Below, in pieces: positions 53,869-61,052 of a stretch of 64,000 nucleotides of DNA. The stretch is from Gemmatimonadales bacterium (GTDB lineage Bacteria; Gemmatimonadota; Gemmatimonadetes; Gemmatimonadales; GWC2-71-9). Positions within the stretch are counted from its first letter, which is position 1. Every line of letters starts with the position of its first letter. The notes beneath the pieces were generated by a model. The model was not told the DNA's origin, made no database searches, and worked only from the letters and a program-made list of their open reading frames with translations. Location of the stretch: NCBI GenBank assembly GCA_041577295.1, contig JBFGJG010000011.1, positions 34,814 through 98,813 on the forward strand. Reading direction: 5' to 3'. A program made the position numbers and the translations under genes.

Positions 53869-54951
53869 TCACACCATCAACTCGAGCCGACGCACGGCGG
53901 GTTCGGCGCTGGCGCTGTCCAGCGAGCCACGCTCCGCCTGTCGGAGCAGGCGCCAGATTTCCCGGCCGAGCACATCCACATCGGTCGACATGAACTGTTC
54001 GCCACCAAAACGGCGAATGCTCTCGGTCTGCACTTCGAGAATCTCGGCGTCTTGGCGGAAGATGCGCATGGCGAGCGGCTGTAGGAACAACTTCACCACC
54101 CGGCCGGGGAGCCGTACGCGAAAGCTGATGACGGCGTACAGGCGGGTGTGGAAGTCTGTGACCGGTGTCATGATGGTTGTGACCACGATGTGATTCTCGG
54201 GTCCCAAGCGATATTCGACCTGGGCGACCGAGGGCAGGAAAAAGCGATCCCAGTGTTCGACGGTGCCGCCGCTCGGCGAGAGCAGCTTGCCAACGAGCCC
54301 GGGTGGGCGCGGCTCGCCCACGTACTCGGCTTCAACGCGGTCCGCCCAACGTCGGACGATCGCTTCGATACGATTCTTCTTTCCTCCGCGAAACAGCCCC
54401 TTGTGCAGGTATGCCGTGTGGGGAACGTCGAGGGTGTTCTCCGCCGTGGCGTGCACGCTCGCGGCCACCTCGAGCTCTCGGACCACGGTCGTGTACCCAC
54501 GCTCGCTCGTCAGCGGAAGCGCAAACGGCGCATGCTGCGGAGTGGCATTAGGCGTGGCGTAGACCCAGACGAAGCCATCCTGCTCACGCACCGGATAGGT
54601 GACCGCACGGCGCCCCTCGTTCCTGTCATTGTCGCATAAACCAGGCACCAGCTGACAGTCGCCTCGGGTATCGAACTGCCATCCGTGGTAGCGACATTCG
54701 AGGTTTCCGCTCTCCACCACGCGGCCCTGGGAGAGCGGGACGTTTCTGTGCGGACACCGGTCGAGCAGCGCTCCCACTTCACCGTCGTGATCTCGAAAGA
54801 GGGCGAGCGGAGTGCTGAGGATGGTGCGCGCCACCGGCTGCTGCCGCAGGTCGGCGGACCGGCAGGCGACGTACCAATACTCGGGCAGGTGGGCAACGGA
54901 AACGTGGCCGCGGGCTCGTGGGGGAGTGAGGCGCGGATCGAGGTCAGCCAT
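53869..54951 (-). CDS. Rieske [2Fe-2S] non-haem-iron oxygenase (PaO/Tic55-like, single component alpha)
   Basis: CPHRNVPLSQG...CRYHGWQF is the Rieske motif. A downstream mononuclear-iron region includes DVPHTAYLH. Confidence 0.85.
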   Translation of the reverse strand: MADLDPRLTPPRARGHVSVAHLPEYWYVACRSADLRQQPVARTILSTPLALFRDHDGEVGALLDRCPHRNVPLSQGRVVESGNLECRYHGWQFDTRGDCQLVPGLCDNDRNEGRRAVTYPVREQDGFVWVYATPNATPQHAPFALPLTSERGYTTVVRELEVAASVHATAENTLDVPHTAYLHKGLFRGGKKNRIEAIVRRWADRVEAEYVGEPRPPGLVGKLLSPSGGTVEHWDRFFLPSVAQVEYRLGPENHIVVTTIMTPVTDFHTRLYAVISFRVRLPGRVVKLFLQPLAMRIFRQDAEILEVQTESIRRFGGEQFMSTDVDVLGREIWRLLRQAERGSLDSASAEPAVRRLELMV

Positions 54952-55045
54952 TGCCCAATCTTACCCGGCCACGAGCGACGCGAGCAAGCGGGATGGCTCG
55001 CTGCGATTGTTGCCAACGGCTGAAAACACGGGCTTCATTCAGAGC

Positions 55046-56275
55046 ATGACGCTACGATCCCGGACCGACCTCGCGGTCCGCTTTCCGCGGGGCGCCGCTG
55101 TCAGGCTCGATTCGCTGGCCGAGAACCCCTATCCGGTCTTTCATCAGCTTCGCGAGCATGAGCCGGTCACCTGGGTTCCCGAGGTCGAGATGTGGTTCGT
55201 CACCCGGCGTGACGATGTGGCGGCCGTGCTCGCCGACTTCGAGACGTTTACGGTGGACACGCCCCACTCGGTCATTCGCGACATGTTTGGTCGTCACATG
55301 ATGACGACCGACGGTGATGAGCAGGTCCAGCTCAAGCGGATATGTATGCCGCCGTTTCGACCGAAGGCGCTCCTGGAGAACACGGCGCGTGAGGTTCGTC
55401 GGGAAACAGACGTCTTGATCGACCGCCTGGCAAATCAGGAGACCACCGAGCTGCGTCTTGGCCTGGCCAAGCCGCTTGCGATTCACACCGTCATCACACT
55501 GCTGGGGATTCCGAGCAGTGCGACCACGCGGATCCGCGAGTGGTACGAGCACTTCGCCCGTGCGCTCGCGAACTTTGTCGGCGATCCGGAGGTGCGGGAT
55601 CGCGGGAAACAGGCGGCAAACGAGTTCGGGGCGTACTGCGTCGTGCTGCTCGACCAGTACCGGCGCTCACCCCAGGCGTGTCTACTGAGTGACCTGGCGT
55701 GCTCCCCAAACGGGCTGACGGATCAGGAGATCGTCTCCAACGCATTGATCATTCTCTTTGGCGGGATCGAAACGACCGAGGCGATGATCTGTAACACGGT
55801 GTGGGCGCTGCTCACCCATCCACGCCAGCTGGCGGCGGTGCGCCATGATCGAGCGCTAATCCGACCGGCGGTGGAGGAGGCCCTGCGGTGGGAAGCGGCG
55901 GTGCAATCGTGCACGCGGCACGTCACCCGCAACACCGTGCTGCGCGGGGTGGACCTTCGCGTGGGCGACGTCGTCCAGTGCATGCTCGGTGCCGCGAATC
56001 GGGATCCCGAGCACTTCGAGGATCCAGACCAGTTTGACATCCGGCGGCCTAACGCGCGCGATCATCTATCGTTTGGGGCGGGTCGCCACTTCTGCCTTGG
56101 CGCACCGCTCGCCATGCTGGAAACCGAGACGGTGGTGCAGACCTTGATCGACCGGTTTCCCATGCTCGAGCTCGACCCTACGCGGCCGGCGACGCCGAGG
56201 GGATATGAGTTTCGCAAGCCACCGGAGCTGTGGGTGAGAATGGGGCGGACAGGCGGACGGGTGGACAGGCGGTAG
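55046..56275 (+). CDS. cytochrome P450
   Basis: FGAGRHFCLGAPLA haem-thiolate loop, EALRW (ExxR) and the GGIETT I-helix motif. Start at the ATG at 55046; the upstream part of the track ORF overlaps the Rieske gene. Confidence 0.9.
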   Translation: MTLRSRTDLAVRFPRGAAVRLDSLAENPYPVFHQLREHEPVTWVPEVEMWFVTRRDDVAAVLADFETFTVDTPHSVIRDMFGRHMMTTDGDEQVQLKRICMPPFRPKALLENTAREVRRETDVLIDRLANQETTELRLGLAKPLAIHTVITLLGIPSSATTRIREWYEHFARALANFVGDPEVRDRGKQAANEFGAYCVVLLDQYRRSPQACLLSDLACSPNGLTDQEIVSNALIILFGGIETTEAMICNTVWALLTHPRQLAAVRHDRALIRPAVEEALRWEAAVQSCTRHVTRNTVLRGVDLRVGDVVQCMLGAANRDPEHFEDPDQFDIRRPNARDHLSFGAGRHFCLGAPLAMLETETVVQTLIDRFPMLELDPTRPATPRGYEFRKPPELWVRMGRTGGRVDRR

Positions 56276-56342
56276 GACGGGCGGTTTTTGTGACTTTTTC
56301 CCTTGCTTTCGTGTGCTGGTCTACTACTTTCGCGCAGCCATC

Positions 56343-57014
56343 ATGATCGCTCCCACCCTCACCCGTGCCGCGTTTCTCACGCTCGGTCAGACCCCGCGGG
56401 TGGATCTCGTACCCGAGCTCAAGTCGTGGATCGGCCCAGGTCTCGTGGTGGACGAGTTTGGTGCACTGGACGGGTTAGACGAGTCACAGGTCGCATCCCT
56501 GGCACCGAAGGGGGACGAGCCCCGGATGATCACCCGCCTGCGGGATGGCACCGAGGTCGTGGTCCGCAAGCAGGACATGCACCAGCGCATCCAAAAAATT
56601 CTCGAGCGACTCGGACCGGACGACTACGATCTTCGGGTCCTGCTCTGTACCGGCCACTTTCCTGGCCTCGAAGCTCCTGGGCTCTTTCTCGAGTCCCAGA
56701 CGATGGTGGACCTGGGTGTCCGCGCAGTGGGCTCGGGGGCCAATCTTCTCGGAGTGCTCCTCCCGCTTGCCGAGCAGGAGGCCGACTTTGACCGCCGGCA
56801 TTTCGAGGGTACCACGCTGCGCTTCAGCCACGCGTCTCCGTACCGGTTCAATCGGCTGGAGCAGGCGGCTCGGGAACTGTCGCATGCCGACCTGATCGTG
56901 ATGCACTGTATCGGGTATACGGAGGCGCAACGGCGGTGCGTACGGAAGATGGCCGGCCGCCCGGTGCTGCTCGCCAGGAGGCTCGTCGCTGCCGCGCTCG
57001 CCCAGCTTGTCTGA
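56343..57014 (+). CDS. AroM-family-like protein (Asp/Glu-racemase-like fold), function unknown
   Basis: FLTLGQTPR.D and a later MHCIGYT-type motif resemble the AroM family (PF07302) as I recall it. Assignment is tentative. Confidence 0.6.
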   Translation: MIAPTLTRAAFLTLGQTPRVDLVPELKSWIGPGLVVDEFGALDGLDESQVASLAPKGDEPRMITRLRDGTEVVVRKQDMHQRIQKILERLGPDDYDLRVLLCTGHFPGLEAPGLFLESQTMVDLGVRAVGSGANLLGVLLPLAEQEADFDRRHFEGTTLRFSHASPYRFNRLEQAARELSHADLIVMHCIGYTEAQRRCVRKMAGRPVLLARRLVAAALAQLV

Positions 57015-57134
57015 CCGGCCCAACGTCATCTTTTTTCTGCGAGTCTCGATTCCCTCTCTGCCAGTGGGGCGATCTAGCTTGCTGGTTTCGCCCCGCTCGG
57101 AGCGCTGTTTCAGCGCCCCTATGAAAGGAATACG

Positions 57135-57401
57135 ATGAGCGACAGCCGTGGCCGCTACTGGCAAACCAACCTGCGATATGTCGCCATTCTGCTGACGATC
57201 TGGTTTGCCGTTTCCTACGGTGCCGGGATCTTGTTCGTCGAGCAGTTGAATCGCATTCGGATCGCGGGGTTCCAGCTGGGGTTCTGGTTTGCGCAGCAGG
57301 GCGCGATCTACGTCTTCGTGGTATTGATCTTCGTGTACGTCGCGCTCATGAACCGGTTGGACCGCCGACACGAGCTCGATGAGCAGGAGGACATTCGATG
57401 A
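57135..57401 (+). CDS. DUF4212 small membrane protein (solute-symporter small subunit)
   Basis: YWQ.NLR....LL.IWF.VSYG......L....I.GF.LGFWFAQQG. 88 aa, two TM helices. ATGA overlap with the SSS gene. Confidence 0.85.
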   Translation: MSDSRGRYWQTNLRYVAILLTIWFAVSYGAGILFVEQLNRIRIAGFQLGFWFAQQGAIYVFVVLIFVYVALMNRLDRRHELDEQEDIR

Positions 57402-59104
57402 ACGTCCAGGGATGGACGTTCCTCCTGGTTGCCGCGTCGTTCGCCGTCTACATCGGGGTCGCGATGTGGGCCCGGGCGAGCTCCACGGGCGAGTTCTACG
57501 TTGCGGCGGCCCGGGTGCCACCGGTCCTAAACGGCATGGCCACCGCCGCGGATTGGATGAGCGCCGCGTCGTTCATCTCGATGGCGGGGCTCATTGCGTT
57601 CATGGGGCGCGATGGCTCGGTCTACCTCATGGGTTGGACGGGTGGGTACGTGCTGCTGGCGCTGCTCTTGGCACCTTACCTCCGAAAGTTTGGCAAGTAC
57701 ACGGTCCCCGATTTCGTGGGAGACCGCTACTACTCGCAAACGGCCCGTATCGTTGCGGTCGTTTGTGCCATCTTCGTGTCGTTTACCTATGTCGCTGGTC
57801 AGATGCGTGGCGTGGGAATCGTCTTCTCGCGGTTTCTCGGGGTGGGGATCAACGAGGGCGTCTTCATCGGTATGGCCATCGTGTTCTTCTACGCCGTGCT
57901 TGGGGGGATGAAAGGCATCACGTACACGCAGGTGGCGCAGTACTGCGTGCTCATCTTCGCGTACCTGGTACCCGCCATCTTCATCTCGTTGCTCATGACC
58001 GGCATCGCTGTCCCTCAGATCGGGTTCGGCAACACGCTGGCGGACGGCTCGGGCATGTATCTCCTAGACCGGCTGGACGGCCTGAGCCAGGAGTTGGGCT
58101 TTGGACGTTATACGTCGGGTACCAAGGAGACGCTCGACGTCTTCTTCATCACGGCGGCCCTCATGGTGGGGACCGCCGGGCTACCCCACGTCATCGTCCG
58201 GTTCTACACGGTGCCCAAGGTGCGCGCCGCGCGAAGCTCTGCTGGGTGGGCGCTGTTGTTCATCGCGCTCCTCTACACGACGGCTCCCGCCGTTGCGGCA
58301 TTTGCTCGGACCAATCTGCTGACCACGATATCCGATAGGCCCTACGACGACGTGCCCACCTGGTTCACGAACTGGGAGGCGACCGGGCTCATTGCGTTCG
58401 AGGACAAGAACGGCGACGGCGTGATTCAGTACCGCGGTCCCGCGTCAGAGACACCAAACGAGCTGACCATCGACCGCGACATCATGGTGCTCGCAAACCC
58501 CGAGATCGCGCGACTCCCCGCGTGGGTGGTCGGGCTGGTTGCCGCCGGCGGGTTGGCAGCGGCGCTCTCCACCGCTGCCGGGCTGCTGTTGGTGATTTCG
58601 ACGTCCGTGGCCCACGATCTCCTGAAGAAGGCGATACGCCCGTCGATTACAGAACATCAGGAGCTGTTGACCGCTCGGATCGCCGCGGGTCTCGCGGTGA
58701 TCGTGGCAGGGTACTTCGGGATCAACCCGCCCGGGTTCGTCGCCGAGGTCGTGGCGCTTGCGTTTGGCCTGGCGGCGGCGTCGTTCTTCCCGGCCATCAT
58801 CCTCGGCATCTTCTACAAGCGGATGAACAAGTATGGTGCGGTGTTTGGCATGGTCGCCGGCATTACCTTCACGGCGGGTTACATCATCTTCTTCAAGCTC
58901 GTCCACCCCGAGCTCAACCACGCCGATCATTGGCTGTTCGGTATCTCACCCGAAGGAATTGGCACGGTGGGGATGCTCATCAACGTGACGGTGGCGCTGG
59001 TCGTCTCCTCGATGACACCAGCCCCGCCCGTTGCGATTCAGCGCTTGGTGGACGACATCCGAGTGCCCAGGGGGGCAGGACCTGGTCACGAGGTGACCGC
59101 GTAG
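57398..59104 (+). CDS. sodium:solute symporter family permease (ActP/VC_2705-like)
   Basis: 568 aa, about 13 TM helices, with SSS motifs such as GGMKGITYTQVAQ. Coupled to the DUF4212 partner. Confidence 0.9.
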   Translation: MNVQGWTFLLVAASFAVYIGVAMWARASSTGEFYVAAARVPPVLNGMATAADWMSAASFISMAGLIAFMGRDGSVYLMGWTGGYVLLALLLAPYLRKFGKYTVPDFVGDRYYSQTARIVAVVCAIFVSFTYVAGQMRGVGIVFSRFLGVGINEGVFIGMAIVFFYAVLGGMKGITYTQVAQYCVLIFAYLVPAIFISLLMTGIAVPQIGFGNTLADGSGMYLLDRLDGLSQELGFGRYTSGTKETLDVFFITAALMVGTAGLPHVIVRFYTVPKVRAARSSAGWALLFIALLYTTAPAVAAFARTNLLTTISDRPYDDVPTWFTNWEATGLIAFEDKNGDGVIQYRGPASETPNELTIDRDIMVLANPEIARLPAWVVGLVAAGGLAAALSTAAGLLLVISTSVAHDLLKKAIRPSITEHQELLTARIAAGLAVIVAGYFGINPPGFVAEVVALAFGLAAASFFPAIILGIFYKRMNKYGAVFGMVAGITFTAGYIIFFKLVHPELNHADHWLFGISPEGIGTVGMLINVTVALVVSSMTPAPPVAIQRLVDDIRVPRGAGPGHEVTA

Positions 59105-59183
59105 CACCCTCTCCTAGCGGCGTGCTGCCACTCCCGCCACTTTTGCGACGTCCGCATTCGCCTCGTCTCGCAACCGGAGTGGC

Positions 59184-59507
59184 ATGATGGAAAAAGTCGG
59201 CAGGTGGGCGTTCATCTTGGGCATGGTCATCGCGGTCGTGGCAGGTCTGGGATTCGAACCGATCTGGTCTGCCTGGGTCCTTGCGGTCCTAGGTCTCGTG
59301 GTGGGCTTCATGAACGTCACGAGTGCGGAAACGCAGGGCTTCATGCTCTCCGCGATTGGCCTCATGCTCTCGGCAACGGCCGTCCAGATGTTGCCGTTTG
59401 TCGGCGATGTCCTCACGGCGATCATGGTCAACCTCGTGGTCTTCATTGCGCCGGCGGTGCTGGTGGTTGCGCTGAAGACGCTGTTCCACACGGCGAGCAG
59501 AAACTAA
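59184..59507 (+). CDS. small (107 aa) 3-4 TM membrane protein, paralogue A, unknown family
   Basis: GGAG SD. About 70% identical by eye to the 60483..60803 product (WAFI.G.VIAV..GLGFE...AW.LAVLGL.VGF.NVT..ETQGFML). Confidence 0.7.
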   Translation: MMEKVGRWAFILGMVIAVVAGLGFEPIWSAWVLAVLGLVVGFMNVTSAETQGFMLSAIGLMLSATAVQMLPFVGDVLTAIMVNLVVFIAPAVLVVALKTLFHTASRN

Positions 59508-59526
59508 AGGACCAACCAAACGTCGG

Positions 59527-60273
59527 GTGCTCTTCTTCCTCGCGGTCTTTGGCGCGGGGGCCGCCGCTGGTTTCCTGAACGTGCTGGCGGGCGGTGGCTC
59601 GCTCATCACGCTTCCGATCTTGCTACTCCTGGGCCTCCCCGCGGCGGATGCGAACGGCACCAACCGGGTGGCCATCTTCGTCCAGAACATTGCCGCGGTC
59701 GCAAGTTTTCGGCAGGCTGGGCGACGCTCTGATTTGAAGACCGGTGCCAAGCTCGCAGTATTTACCCTCCCCGGCGCTGCTGTCGGTGCGTTTCTCGCGA
59801 TCTACATTTCGGAAGCGGTATTCCGTACGATCCTCGCCGTGGTGTTGGTGTTGGCGGTCGCAGGCTTGTTGCGACCAGTCGCACCGCGCGGGCCGATGTC
59901 CCAATCGGGTACCCGCGTCGGCGTCCTGTCCGCGCTGGCGCTCGTCGGTATCGGATTCTACGGCGGCTTCATCCAGGCGGGTGTGGGTTTTCTGTTCATG
60001 TTGGTGCTCTACCGGGGGCTCGGCTTCGACCTGGTCACGGTCAACGTGCACAAGGTGTTCATCGTGCTCCTCTACACGATCCCCGCGTTTCTAGTCTTCC
60101 TCATCTCCGGCAAGGTGAACTGGACGGTTGGGCTCGTATTGGCGGGTGGTAACGCCGTGGGCGCGGTAGTCGGTACGCGGGTCTCGTTGCGCGGTGGTGA
60201 GCGGGTGATCCGGATCGTGGTGGCGGTGGCCCTGGTGTTGATGGCGGTGCAGCTAATCGTGGGACTCAGGTGA
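59527..60273 (+). CDS. TauE/SafE-family sulfite/anion exporter
   Basis: GAGAAAGFLNVLAGGGSLITLPILL with the duplicated 4-TM pattern of TauE. GTG start as in the track. Confidence 0.85.
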   Translation: MLFFLAVFGAGAAAGFLNVLAGGGSLITLPILLLLGLPAADANGTNRVAIFVQNIAAVASFRQAGRRSDLKTGAKLAVFTLPGAAVGAFLAIYISEAVFRTILAVVLVLAVAGLLRPVAPRGPMSQSGTRVGVLSALALVGIGFYGGFIQAGVGFLFMLVLYRGLGFDLVTVNVHKVFIVLLYTIPAFLVFLISGKVNWTVGLVLAGGNAVGAVVGTRVSLRGGERVIRIVVAVALVLMAVQLIVGLR

Positions 60274-60327
60274 GTGCAGAGTGCAGAGTGCACATTACAG
60301 AATGCTGATTGCTGATTGTTGATTTGC
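60272..60327. repeat. tandem array of eight phased heptanucleotides
   Basis: GAGTGCA GAGTGCA GAGTGCA CATTACA GAATGCT GATTGCT GATTGTT GATTTGC, starting within the TGA of the TauE gene. Confidence 0.75.
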
Positions 60328-60482
60328 GGAACTTCGAGATCCCTGCCCCAAACTAGCGCTCTCAGGTACGCCGGTTCACTTTAGGGCTCGCACGCATTGC
60401 GGCGCCGGGTGCATCCGTCGCGCGTCCCGCATCAGCCCGACTTCTCCTCTATTCATTTCCACCCTCGTGAAGGGAGAGAGCA

Positions 60483-60803
60483 ATGCAAAAGCTGGGACAG
60501 TGGGCCTTCATCGTCGGCCTCGTTATCGCGGTCGCCGGAGGGCTCGGCTTCGAGGCGAGTTGGTTTGCCTGGATTCTCGCCGTGCTGGGACTTGCAGTAG
60601 GGTTCCTGAACGTGACGGGCGAAGAAACCCAGGGGTTCATGCTCGCGTCCATCGGCCTCATTCTCTCGGCAACCGCCGTCAGCTCGTTGCCGTATGTCGG
60701 TGACGTCCTCACACGCGTCATGGGGAACTTCGTGATCTTCATCGCGCCGGCCGTGCTGGTCGTAGCGCTCAAGGCGCTGTTCCAAACGGCAAAGCAGGCC
60801 TAG
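60483..60803 (+). CDS. small (106 aa) membrane protein, paralogue B of 59184..59507
   Basis: GGGAGAGAG SD. Collinear with paralogue A over its full length. Confidence 0.7.
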   Translation: MQKLGQWAFIVGLVIAVAGGLGFEASWFAWILAVLGLAVGFLNVTGEETQGFMLASIGLILSATAVSSLPYVGDVLTRVMGNFVIFIAPAVLVVALKALFQTAKQA

Positions 60804-60816
60804 GCTGGATCGAGCC

Positions 60817-60845
60817 GGGCGCGGCCCGCGGGAAGCCGCGCCCTT
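60817..60845 (+). terminator. hairpin terminator candidate
   Basis: GGGCGCGGC-ccgcgggaa-GCCGCGCCC followed by TTCCCCC. The tail is weak in U. Confidence 0.4.
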
Positions 60846-60940
60846 CCCCCCCACGCTCCACAGGGTCTCTCGCGGCTGTCAGCTCCGCTTTCGAACCACC
60901 CCAACCAGCGTGAACAGGACCGACACCTGGGCCGCCGTGT

Positions 60941-61052
60941 GATTGCAGATTACAGATCTAGGATTGCAGATTAGATACGGAGCAGACTGGGCATCCATGA
61001 TCGAAAATCCATCACCAATCTGCAAAATGCATTCTGCAATCTGAGATCATAA
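60941..61052. repeat. 16 phased heptanucleotide registers with inverted ends, abutting the kinase ATG
   Basis: GATTGCA GATTACA GATCTAG GATTGCA GATTAGA ... ATCTGCA AAATGCA TTCTGCA ATCTGAG ATCATAA. The 7-nt phase is unbroken from 60941 to 61052. GATTGCAGAT is mirrored by ATCTGCAAT. Confidence 0.65.

Noticed and set aside
60272-61052. Possibility that the repeat tracts are a CRISPR array
   Set aside because: The units are 7 nt and directly abutting, with no 25-40 nt repeats separated by unique spacers. No cas genes are in the window.
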